From the NCBI GenBank assembly GCA_030390025.1, contig CM059431.1, positions 151,282,001 to 151,346,000 on the forward strand: a stretch of DNA of 64,000 bases. The letters are read 5' to 3'. This DNA is from Squalus acanthias. Taxonomy: Eukaryota. A model generated the notes under the pieces. That model did not search any database. It saw only the letters and a program-made list of their open reading frames with translations, and was not told the origin of the DNA. Positions 50,166-61,731 of the stretch are shown here, piece after piece (position 1 is the stretch's first letter; each line of letters begins with the position of its first letter). A program made the position numbers and the translations under genes.

Positions 50166-50237
50166 GATCTATTAGCTCAGCGTGTAGCGCATCAGACTTC
50201 AAACTGAGGGTCCAGGATTCAGGTCCCTATTCAGGCG
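50166..50237 (+). pseudogene. tRNA-Lys pseudogene
   Basis: TAGCTCAGCGTGTAGCGCATCAGACTTCAAACTGAGGGTCCAGGATTCAGGTCCCTATTCAGGCG. Confidence 0.87.
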
Positions 50238-50519
50238 TTGCTTTAATCAATGGAAACAACCATTTCTGCACCGACGTTATATTTTAATCTATCATAAAAA
50301 TCGTTTTAAATTGAAAAATATTCATGTATTTTATTGAGACAACAGGACAGATCAGCGTGAATTGCTCGTGTTTTATGATTCTCCAGTAACGTAAGATTTG
50401 AAATAAAGAAAGATAAGTTTATGGCTGATCTGTGTCCGATATCCATCCTACGCCTTGGCTCCATATCCTTTATATGTCGAGCTGAAGCAATGTGGTGACG
50501 GTGCTTGTGTTTAGACTGT

Positions 50520-51367
50520 ATACCCTTTCCGATCCTTTCTGGCTACAGGTGAGTTGGCAGAGGACTGGAGGAATGCTAACGTGGTACCGTTGTTTAAAAA
50601 GGGACAAAAGGGATAGACCGAGTAAATAAAGGCCAGTCACCCTAACCTCGGTGGTGGGATAATTATTGGACAAATTCTGAGGGACAGGATAAATCTTCGT
50701 TTAGAAAGACATGGATTAATCAGGGACAGTCAGCACGGATTTGTTAAGGGAAGTTCCCTTCTGACTAATTTGATTGAGGCATAGAATATAAGAGCAGGGA
50801 GGTATTGATGGAATTATATAAAGACTAGGTAGGCCGTTCTGGTCACCCCATTACAGGAAGAATGTGCTTGCACGAGATAGGATGCAGAGGAGATTTATGA
50901 GGATGTTGCCTGGGCTGGGGAATTTCAGCTATGAGAAAGATTGAATAGGCTGAGGTTGTTTTAATTAGAACAGAGAAGGCTGAGTGGGGACCTAATTGAG
51001 GTGTATAAAGTTATCAGAGGACAAGATAGAGTGGATAGAAATGATCTATTTCCCTTAGCAGAAGAGACAATAACCAGGGGGCATAGATTTAAAGTAATTG
51101 GTCGGAGGTTTAGACGGGATTTGAGGAACATTTATATCACACAGAGACTGCTGGGGGTCTGGAACTCACTGCCTGTAAGGGTGGTAGAGGCAGAAACCCT
51201 CATCACATTTAAAAAGTAATTGGATATGAACTTGAAGTTCGGAAACCTACAAGGCTACGGACCAAGTGCTTGAGAGTGGGATTAGGCTGGATAGCTCATT
51301 GTCGGACGGCACGGACAAGATGGGTCAACTGGCCTCCTTCTGCGCCTTAAATTTCTATGATTCTATG
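50520..51367 (+). mobile_element. Internally deleted CR1 with TTCTATGATTCTATG tail
   Basis: The QHGFVKG region joins directly to the C-terminal RT region near 50778. Confidence 0.82.
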
Positions 51368-51414
51368 GCTGATCTGTATCGGAACCCCTTCCCCCGCCTT
51401 GGCTTCATATCATA

Positions 51415-54167
51415 TGTAATGTCCCAAAATCCTCCATTACCATCCCTGGGCATGTGCTTTCCTACCGGCAGGACAAACCAGACAGAGGTGGCGGCACAGT
51501 GGTTCACAGCCGGGAAGGAGTGCCCTTAACATTGACACCAGAACCCATGAAATCTAATAGATTCAGGTAAGGCATGGGTAAGAAAAACTCCTGCTGATTA
51601 CGACCTACCGCACACGCTCAGCTGACGAATCAGTACTCCTCCATGTTGAACATCACTTGGAAGAAGCACTGAGAGTCGCAAGGGCACAGAATTTACTCTG
51701 GTTTGGCGACTTCAATGTCCATCACAAAGTGTGGCTCGGTAGCACCACGACTGACCGAGCTGGCTGAGTCCTGAAGGACATGACTGCCAGTCTGGGTCTG
51801 CGACAGGTGGTGAGAGAACCAACACGAGGGAAAAACCTACTTGACCTCATCCTCACCAATCTACCTGTCGCAGATGCATCTGTCCATGACAGTATTGGTA
51901 GTAGTCACCACCGCACAGACATTGTGGATACGAAGTCCTGTCTTCACACTGAGGACACCCGCCATCGTGTTGTGTGGCAATGCTCCCGTACTAAATGAGA
52001 TAGATTCAGAACAGATCTAGCAGCTCCAAACTGAGCATCCATGAGGCGCTGTAGGCCATCAACAGCATCAGAATAGTATTCCATCACAATTTGTAACCAC
52101 ATGGCTCGGCATATCCCTCACTCTACAATTACCAACAACAAGGGGACCAGCCCTGGTTCAATAAGGAGTGCAGATGAGCATGCCAGGAGCAGCACCAGGC
52201 GTACCTAAAAATGAGATGTCAACCTTGGGAAGCTGCAAAACAGGACTACATGCATGTTAAAAAGGGGAAGCAGCATGCTATAGACAGGGCTAAGCGATCC
52301 CACAAACAATGGATCAGATCAAAGCTGTGTAGTCTTGCCACATCCAGTCGTGAATGGTGGTGGACCATTAAACAACAAACGGGAGGAGGAGGCTCCATGA
52401 ATATCCCCATCATCAATGATGGTGGAGCTCAGCACATGAGTGCAAAAGACAAGGCTGAAGTGTTTGCAACCATCTTCAGCCAGAAGTGCCGAGTGAATGA
52501 TACATATCGGCTAACACCTGAGGTCCCCACCATCACAGAAGCCAGTCGTCAGCCAATTCGAATCACTCCAAGTGATATGAAGGAACGGCAGAGCGCACTG
52601 GATACAACACATGCTATGGGACCCGACAACATCCTGGTTGAAGACTTGTGCTCCAGAACTAGCCGCGCCTCTAGCCAAGCAGTTCCAGTGCAGCTACAAC
52701 ACTGGCATCTATTCGACAATGTGGAAAACTGTCCAGGTATGTCCTGTCCACAAAAAGCACCACAAGTCCAATCCAGCCAATAACCGCCCCATCAGTCTAC
52801 TCTCAATCATCAGCAAAATGTAGGAATGTTTCATCGACAGTGCTAAAAAGTGACACTTGCTCACCAATAATCTGCTCACTGTTGCCCAGTTTGTGTTCTA
52901 CCAAGACCATTCGGCTCCCGACCTCATTGCAGCTTTGGTCTGAATATCGAAAAAGTACCTGAGTTCCGGAGGTGAGGTGAGAGTGAATGCCCTTGACATC
53001 AAGAAAGCATTTGACCGAGTGTGGCATCAAGAAGCGCTAGTAAAACTGAAGTCAATGGGGATCAGGGGCAAACGCTCCACTGGCTGGAGTCATACCTAGC
53101 ACAAGGAAGATGGTTGTGGTGGTTGAAGGTCAATCATCAGAGCACCAGGACATCGCTGCAGGAGTTCCTCAGGGCAGTGTCCTCGGCCCAACCAGCTTCA
53201 GCTGCTTCAGCTGCTTCATCAATGACCTTCCCTCCAACAAAAGGTCAGAAATGGGGATGTTCGCTGATGACTGCACAGTGTTCAGCGCCATTCACAACTC
53301 CTCAGATAATAAAGCAGCCCATGCCCGCATGCAACAAGACCTGGACGCGTTCTGGCTTGGGCTGATAAGTGGCAGGTAACATTTGCGCCACAGAAGTGCC
53401 AGGCAATAACTATCTCCAACAAGCGAGAGTCTGACCACCTCCCCTTGACATTCAATGGGATTACCATCACCGAATCCCGCACCGTCAACAATCTTGGGGG
53501 TTAACATTGATCAGAAGCTTAGCTGAACCAGCCACATAAATACTGTGGCAACAAGAGCAGGTCAGAAGCTAGGTATTCTGCAGCGAGTGTCTCACGTCCT
53601 GACTCCCCTAATCCTTTCCATCATCTACACCGCACAAGTGAGGAGTGTGTTGGAATACTCTTCACTTGCCTGGATGAGTGCAGCTCCAACAACACTAACG
53701 AAGCTCGGCACCATCCAGGAAAAACAGTCTGCTTGATTGGCACCTCATCCAACACCTTAAACATTCAATCGCTGCACCACCAGCGTACCGTAGCTGCAGT
53801 GTGTACTATCTACAAGATGCACTGTAGCAACTCGCCAATGCTTCTTCGGCAGCACCTCCCAAACACGCTAAATCGTCCAACTAGACGAACAAGGGCAGCA
53901 GGCGCATGGGAAGACCACCACCTCCAAGTTTCCCTCCAAGTCTCACACCATCCTAACTGAGAAATATATCGCCGATTCTTCATCTTCGCTGGGTCAAATT
54001 CCTGGAACTCCCTACCTATCAGCACTGTGGGAGTACCTTTACCACACGGACTGCAGCTTTTCAAGAAGGTGGCTCAGCAACACATTTTCAAGTGCAATTA
54101 CGGATGGGCAGTAAATGCTGGCCTTGCTAGCGACGCACAAATCCCATCAATGCGAATTAAAAAAAAA
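51415..54167 (+). mobile_element. Family L LINE, APE-RT remnant (longest copy)
   Basis: APE motifs (GDFN, EPTRGKNLLDLILTN), RT motifs (GVPQGSVLGP, MFADD) and the same 3' stem-loop as 1617-1631. Confidence 0.9.
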
Positions 54168-55890
54168 GTAGGGCTGGGGCCTATTATGGTCCAAAATAGG
54201 GGACCTATGCATAAAGGCAATTTTTATGGCTGAATTACTAAATGAGAACTTTGCGTCTGTCTTCACCAAGGATGAGGATGCTGCCATAGACATAGTGAAG
54301 GAAGAGGTGGAGACACTTGATAGATTAAAACATTATAAAGAAGAGGTATGAGGATGGCTGGCTGTACTAAAAGTAGATAAATTAACAGGAGTGAATGGGA
54401 TGCATCCTAGGATGCTAAGGGAATTGCGAGCTGAAATCGTGGAACTACTGGCCCTAATATTCCAATCCTCCATGGGTACAAGGTTGGTGCCAGAGGACTG
54501 GAGAATCCCAGCAACTACATGCAAGTCAGTTTAACATCGGTAGTGGGGAATCTTTCAGAAACAGTAATCAGGGACAAAATTAATAGTCACTTGGATAGGT
54601 ATGGATTAATTAAGGAAAGCCAGCACGGATTTGTTAAAGGCAAAAAATGTTTAAACAACTTGTTCGAGAGTTTTTTTGATGAGGTAACAGAGAGGGTTGA
54701 TGAGGGTAATGCAGTTGACGTAGAGTACATAGATTTCCAAATTTCGTTCGACAAAGTGCCACATAACAGGTTCGCCAGCAAAGTTGGACCCCAGGGAATA
54801 AAAAGGACAGTGTTAGCATGGATACGGAATTGGCTAAGTGACATGAAACAGAGAGTGGTGGGGAACGGCTGTTTTTCGGACTGGAGGAATGTATGAAGTG
54901 GTGGGCACCAGGGGTCGGTTCAAAGACCACTGCTTTACTTGATATATATTAATGAATTGGAAGTGAGTGTACAGAGCACAATTTCAAAATTTGCAGATGA
55001 AACAAAACTTGGAAGCACAGTAAAGAGTGAGGAGGAGAGTGACAGACTTCAGGAAGATATAAAAAGGATGATGAAATGGGTTGACCGGTGGCAGATGAAA
55101 TTTAACGCAGAAATGATTGAAGTGATACATTTTGGTAGAAAGTAAGAGGAGAGGGCGTATAAACTGAACGGTCCAAACCTAACTGAGGTGCACGAACAGA
55201 GAGACCTGTGGTATACGTGTACATATCTTTGAAGGTGGCAGGGCAGGTTGAGAATGCAGTGAAAAAGGCTTATCGGATCCTGGGCTTCATAACTAGAGGT
55301 ATAGAGTTTAAAAGTGTGGAAATTATGATGAACACTGGTTCGGCCTCAACTGGAGTACTGTGTCCAATTCTGGGCACCACACTTTAGGAAGGATGTGAAG
55401 GTCTTAGAGACGATGCAGAAAAGATGTGCAAGAATGATTGGAGGAGTGAGGGACTACAGTTACCTTGTTAGACTGGAGAAGCTGGGGTTGTTCTCCTTGG
55501 AGCAGAGAAGATTGAGAGGAGATTTGATAGAGGTGTTCAAAATCTGAGGGGTCTGAATAGAGTAGATAGAAATAAACTGTTCCCATTGGCGGAATAGTCG
55601 AAAACCAGTGGACACAGATTTAAGGTGATTGGCAAAAGAATCGAAGGCGACGTAAGGTAAACACTTTTTACGCAGCGAGTGATTAAGATCTGGAATGCAC
55701 TGCCTGAAAGGGCGGTGGAGGCAGACTCAATCTTATCTTTCAAAACGGTGTTGGATAAGTAACTCAAAAAAAAGGCAGGGCTACGGGGAAAGGGCAGGGT
55801 GTGGGACGAGCTGAGAGTCGGCATGGGCTCGACGAGCCGAATGGCCTTCTTCCGTGCTGTAACCATTCTATGATTCCATTCTTTGATTCT
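54168..55890 (+). mobile_element. CR1 family B, paralog of 1667-3418
   Basis: Same L/B junction and shared indels (extra bases after CLTNL; short ATGAACACTGG deletion). Confidence 0.88.
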
Positions 55891-56247
55891 AACTTGTCCT
55901 GCCACCTTCAAAGATTTGGGTACATAACCGCCCGGCGGTGAAATTAAGGAAAAGCGAGTCAGATTGCGGACAAGGAATGAGATTGAGGAGTAGGAATCAG
56001 ATTGAGTTGGGATCAGATTGAAGAGAAATGTTCAGATTCAGGAGTAAGGGTAATTTCAGTTCGGAGCAGACTCGGGGCAGGTTGATGGCTGTTAGTGTGT
56101 TTAAGATAGAATGTGCTGAGAAAAGTTATCGAGCTGAAGCAATGGGCTGACGGTGCGTGTGTTGAGGAAGCGGCTCCAGGCAGGAAGTGAAGGGAATGTA
56201 ATTCCTACCACAGCCACTCAGTGTCGCTGCTTCGTTAGCCTTTCAGA

Positions 56248-56320
56248 GTCCGGATAGCTCAATCGACAGAAAATCAGACTTTTAATCTGAGGGTCCAGTG
56301 TTAAACTTCTTGTTCGTTCG
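56248..56320 (+). pseudogene. tRNA-Lys(UUU) pseudogene
   Basis: GTCCGGATAGCTCAATCG..ATCAGACTTTTAATCTGAGGGTCCAG. T arm is degraded. Confidence 0.9.
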
Positions 56321-56806
56321 CTTCTTTAATCAATGGAAACAGCAATTTAAAGCACCGACGTTAGATTATAACTTATAACAATAACCGTTTTAAAATTGAA
56401 ATACATTTTGAGACAGCAGGAAAGATCAGCGTCAATTGCTCGTGTTTTATGGTTCTCTGGGGAAGTAAGATTTGAAAGAATGAAAGATAAGATCATAGCT
56501 GATATGTATCCAAATTCCATGCCCGGCTTGCCTCCATATCCTTTTATACGCTTGTCTGGCAAAACTCAATCGATCTCAGATTTAAAAAGATTAATTGAAC
56601 TGATTTCTGTGCGAGAGAATTCCTCACTTCTACCACCCTTTGCATGAAGAAGTTTTCTCTAAATTCTCTCCTGAATGGCCTGGCTATGTCTACCGCGTGC
56701 CGACACTGTTCTGGGGATGGAAAATAAACAAACTTCCCTTTCACCGAGGTGCAGCAGTGCTCAGACAGTGAGGGACAATGGAAATGGGAGAATAATTTAA
56801 AAGTGT

Positions 56807-57573
56807 AAGAAGCAGTTGCATTTATACTGCGGGTAACACGCACACATGACGTCCCAAAGCGTTTTACAGCTAATTAAATACTTTCTCAAGTGTATTAATT
56901 GTTGTAATGTAGGAAATGTGGTAGTCAATTTGCACACAGCAAGATCCCACAAATACCAATGAGAAAATTACCAGATCATCTGGCCGTCTTTCTGATGTTT
57001 GTTAAGGGCGTAAATATTTGCCCAGGACAGCGGGGAGAACTCACCAGCTCTTCTCTAAAGAAGAGTAAATTTACAGTGTCAGCCTTGTCTCAGTTGGTAG
57101 CACACTGACATCTGAAGTTGCGAACTAGTCCTGGGTCCAAGTCTCACTCCACGGAACGTAAGCACCTAATCTAGTCTGACAATCCAGTGAAGTACCAAGA
57201 GAGCGCTGCACTGTCCACAATTCCGTCTGTCGGATGAGATGTTCAACCGAGGCCCCGTCTGCCCTGTCAGGAGGACATAAACAATCTCATGGTCCCTCTT
57301 GGAGTTTGAGCAGGGGTGTACTCCCCTTTGTCCTGGCTCAATCTTAACCCCACTAAAGACATTGTCTGATCATTATCTCACTGTTGTTTGTGGGACCTTG
57401 CTGTTCGAACATTGGTTGCTGCGTTTCCTACATTACAGCAGTTCAAAATTACTTCATTGGTTGTAAGGCGCTTTGGGATATCCTGTGATCGTAAAAGGCG
57501 CTATATAAATGCAACTTCTTTCTTTCTCCGAATAGTGCCATGGGATCTTCCACATCCAGCTGAGAGGGCAGAC
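56807..57573 (-). mobile_element. Deu-domain SINE split by a second SINE (parts 56807-57054 and 57524-57573)
   Basis: The two parts join as ..GCTCTTCT|CCGAATAGTGCCATGGGATC.., the reverse complement of the Deu core. Confidence 0.78.
57080..57526 (+). mobile_element. Full-length Deu-domain SINE (SacSINE1/AmnSINE1-like)
   Basis: tRNA-like head, Deu core and tail GCGCTTTGGGA..AAAGGCGCTATATAAATGCAA(CTTT)n. Confidence 0.82.
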
Positions 57574-59052
57574 TTTAATAGAAGTAAACATCGGCAGGGA
57601 TGAGTAACGTGGGAGCCGTTTCGCTATCGCCCGTTTCCCACTATCGCACGAAGTCAATATTACTGGATTATCACTGCATTTTGTCTGGAACCAGTCCCCG
57701 GGATGAGAAATGCACCGCTGTGAAAGCTGGGCTCCCTGACTAGACTCGCACGGCAATAGTGTATTGGTGACTCGCTAGAGAGTTCCTGGCACCCGCGTTC
57801 TGTTAACTAAGATAACACACAGTGAGGGGGAAGGAGAGAACAAAACAGGCCTTTTTCAATATATTCGCAGAATGCTTCATTTATTTTAATGCAATGTTAA
57901 TTATCTTACAGTATATCAGGACACAGAACATCAGGAAACTATTGGCCAGTTACTTTTAATCAATCTCTACTAATAGATTCGCTTCTGGTTATATTTTTAA
58001 AGCTTCGCAGCATCAGACGTTTGCAGATGAAACAAAACTTGGCCGTGTGATTGATAATGAAGAAGAAAGCTGCAGTCTGCAGGAAGATATCAATGGACTG
58101 GTCAGGTGAGCAGAGCAGTGTCAAATGGAATTCAGTTTGGAGAAGTGTGAGGTAATGCATTTGTGGAGGGTTAAAAGGCAAGGGAAACGCTATAAATGGT
58201 AGGACACTGAGAAGGGACATTGGTGTGCTTGTCCACAGATTCCTGAAGGGATACTTGACTTTATTAGTCGAGGCATAGAATATAAGCGTCAAGAGTTTAT
58301 GCTTGAAATGTCTAAAACACTAGGTAGGCCACAGCTAGAATACTGCGTGCAGTTCTGGTAACCACTTTAAAGGAAGGATGTAACAGTGCAGAGGAGAATA
58401 ACGAAGATGTTGGCTGAGCATAAATACCAGCACACAGAATTAGGGCCGAATTACCTGTGTCTGTGTTGTAGACTTGCTGTAACTCAATGATATGATGTAA
58501 AGTTGGGAGCATTTTACACTATATACAATCCACGAATGCTCACCCAAACTAACTGAGTGGTTGTGAAACACTTTTCAAAGTGATATGTCCAGATACCAGT
58601 AAGGTAGATTACAAATATTGCCTGATCCGAAACTCCGCAAGCTGCAAGTGAGGAGTTGGAAAAAAACATTTGAGAGCGGAAAGGGAACTTTATAAAACAT
58701 GACACGAAGAGTAATACAAACTAACACCGCCCCATACAGAGAAAAAACTTGATTGAATCAATCAATCGATCTTCAATAGCTGCACTCAGATTATAGCCAA
58801 ACATGGAAGCAATCATTGACATTTCCCCTGAGATGTGATCTGATTGGGCGGCGTTTCATATGTCGTCAAGTGTTGAAAATTAATCATATTTATATTCACA
58901 TTTATATGGCTAGGAAACCTTCCAATGGTCAATCCTATTACACAATGATTTACATTAGTCATCCTCACTTGAACAAACAGATTCAGATACCATCTGGTGT
59001 TGTTTTGATATTATAAAATCGGTTAAATACTTTATATGCACTGCCCGAAGGT

Positions 59053-59298
59053 AGATAAAGGTGTGACTGAATACAGTGTGAGATACAAAGAGAAACCAGC
59101 ATAGGGAGATAGATAAAGGTGTGATTGAGTAGAGTGAGTGATGCACAGAGACACCAGCAGAGGGACATAGATAAAGGTGTGGCTGAGCACTGTGATACAG
59201 AGAGACATCAGCAGAGGGAGATAGTTAAATCTGAGACTGAGCACAGTGAGTGATACAGAGAGACCAATTGAGGGAGGGAGAGCAAGGTGATAGAGCAC
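59053..59298. repeat. 58/54-bp minisatellite
   Basis: Unit starts at 59053, 59111, 59169 and 59223. Confidence 0.9.
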
Positions 59299-60393
59299 AT
59301 TTATCTGTTTGTAACGTCCAGTTGACGCCGAACCATTGTTTTAGAAAAGTTTAGCATAACATCCTGGCTTTGTACTCTATTCCTCTATTAATAAAGCTAA
59401 GGATCCCACAAGCTTTTTTAACAGTCTTCGAAACTTGTACTGTCACCGGCAAAGATTTGTGTCCATAAACTCCATGTCGGCCTTTATCTGAAGGTGGCTG
59501 AAATATAAAGGGGTGGATGTTATGTTACCGTATTACAAAGATCTGGTAAGACCCCATTTAGATTACTGCATTCAGTTCTGGGTAGCGCACATCACGAAGC
59601 ACAAACAGGTTGCAGCACACAGTTACCAGAATTATACCGGTGCTAAAAGGGTTACGTTATGGAGACAGGCTGTATAGACTAGGCTGGTATTCTTTGAGTA
59701 TATAAAATGAAGGCGTGATCTAATTAACCCACTTAAGATAATTAAATGAGTTGAAATTGTAGATAGAGAGAAACGATTTGCTCCGGTGGAGGAATGCAGT
59801 ACAAGGGTGTTAACGTTGAAATCAGAGCTAAGCCGTTCAGGGCTGATGTCAATAACCACTACTTCATACACTGGGAAGCGGAAATCTGGAACACTCTGCC
59901 ACAAAAACCTGATGAGGCTGGGGATCACTTGAACATTCCAAAACTGAAATTGGCAGATTTTTCTATCGCAAGGGTTCTAAGGGTTAGGGAACTAAGGCGG
60001 GTGATTGGAGTTAAGATGCAGATCAATCATGATATGACCGAATGTTGGAACAGGCTTGAGGGGCTGACTGGCCTACTCCTGTTCCTAAAATCCGAGAAAA
60101 AGATTAGGTGCTGAGATGAAGGAGCAGTGAATCATATTTTGGAGAAGGGATGAGATTGAGGAGTGGCGAACAGATTGAAGAGAAGAGTTCAGATTCCGGA
60201 GAAAGGGTCATTTCAGTTCGGAGGAGAATAAGTGCTGCTAGTGTGTTTAAGATAGGATTAGCTGAGAATAGGTGTCGACCTGAAGCAATGGGGTGACGGT
60301 GCGTGTGTTCAGAGGGTTGCTGTGGGTAGGAAGTGAAGGAAATGCAATTCAATGACACAGCCAATCAGTGCCGCTGTTTCGGTAATGTTCAGC

Positions 60394-60466
60394 GCGCTGA
60401 TTGGTCAGACAGTAGAGCATCAGACTTTTAACATGAGGAACCTCGGTTCAAGTCCCTGTTCGGGCG
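60394..60466 (+). pseudogene. tRNA-Lys(UUU) pseudogene with intact B box
   Basis: GTAGAGCATCAGACTTTTAA..GGTTCAAGTCCCTGTTCGGGCG. Acceptor and anticodon stems are mismatched. Confidence 0.9.
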
Positions 60467-60966
60467 CTTCTTTAATCAATGGAAGCAGCAATTTAAAGCA
60501 CCGACGTTCGATTATAACTTATTATAATCATCGTTTTAAATTGAAAAATATTTTCTGAGACAGCAGGAAAGATCAGCGTCAATTGCTCGTGTTTTATGGT
60601 TCTCTAGGAAAGTAAGCTTTGAAACAATGAAAGATAAGATAACGGCTGGTCTGTATCCGAGCTGTATCAGAACTCCATTCCCCTACTTGACTCCATATCC
60701 TTTTGTACCCTTCTCCAGCAAAACTCAATCGATCTCAGATTTAAAATGTTTAATTGAACTGTTTTCCGTGGGAGAGAACTCCACACTTCTACAAACACTT
60801 TGCATGAAGAACTTCTTCCTAACTTCTCTCCTGAATGGCCTGGCTTTGTTTAACTCGTGCCGACACTGCTCTCGGAATGGAAAATTAACAAACTTCCCTT
60901 ACTCCGATGTGCAGCAGTCCTCAGACTGAGAGAGACAATGGAAAAGTAAGAATAATTTAAAATTGT

Positions 60967-61731
60967 AAGAAGGTGTTGCAGTTATACTGCGCCTATCAGG
61001 CACACAGAACTTCCCAAGTGTTTTACAGCCAATTAAATACTTTCTCAAGTGTGTTCATTGTTGTAATGTAGGAAAAGGGGGAGTCAATTTGCACACAGCA
61101 AGATCCCACAAATACCAATGAAAAAATTACCTGATCATTTGGCCAGCTTTGTGATGTTTGTTAAGGGCGTAAATATTGGCCCAGGACAACGGGGACAAAT
61201 CCCCAGCTCTTCTCTAAAGATGAGTAACTTTACAGTGTCAGCCTTGTCTCAGTTCGGAGAACACTCACTTCTGAATTTGCGAACTAGTCCTGGTTTCAAG
61301 TCTCACTCCATGGAATGTAAGCACCGAATCTAGGCTGACAATCCAGTGAAGTACCAAGAGAGCGCTGCACTGTACACAATTCCGGCTGTCGAATGAGATG
61401 TTAAACCGAGGCCCCGTCTGCCCTCTCAGGTGGACATAAACAATCTCACCGTCCTTCTTGGAAGATGAGCAGGGGTATACTGCCGTTAATCCTGGCTCAA
61501 TATTTACCCCATTAAATGCATTGTCGGATCATTATCCGATTGTTGTTTGTGGGATCTTGCTGTTCGAACTTTGGTTGCTGCTTTTCCTACATTGCAGCAG
61601 TTCAACAGTACTTCATTGGTTGTAAGTCGCTTTGGGATATCCTGAGGTCCTAAAAGGCGCCATATCCATGCAAATTCTTTGTTTCTTCGAATAGTGCCTT
61701 GTGATCTTCCACATCCACCTGAGAGGGCAGG
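60967..61731. mobile_element. Nested Deu-SINE pair (minus host, plus insert at ~61239-61685)
   Basis: Paralog of 56807-57573. Confidence 0.8.

Noticed and set aside
50190..50212. TCA (opal suppressor or Sec-like) anticodon in TCAGACTTCAAACTGA
   Set aside because: The anticodon stem has lost a base, and the acceptor stem and B box are mutated. It is a decayed Lys copy.
12933..60466. Functional tRNA-Lys genes
   Set aside because: Every copy has mismatched acceptor, D or T stems by manual inspection.
3465..60466. tRNA-Lys-headed SINE family
   Set aside because: The shared sequence lies mainly 5' of the tRNA, there are no tails or TSDs, and the copies are co-oriented in a cluster.
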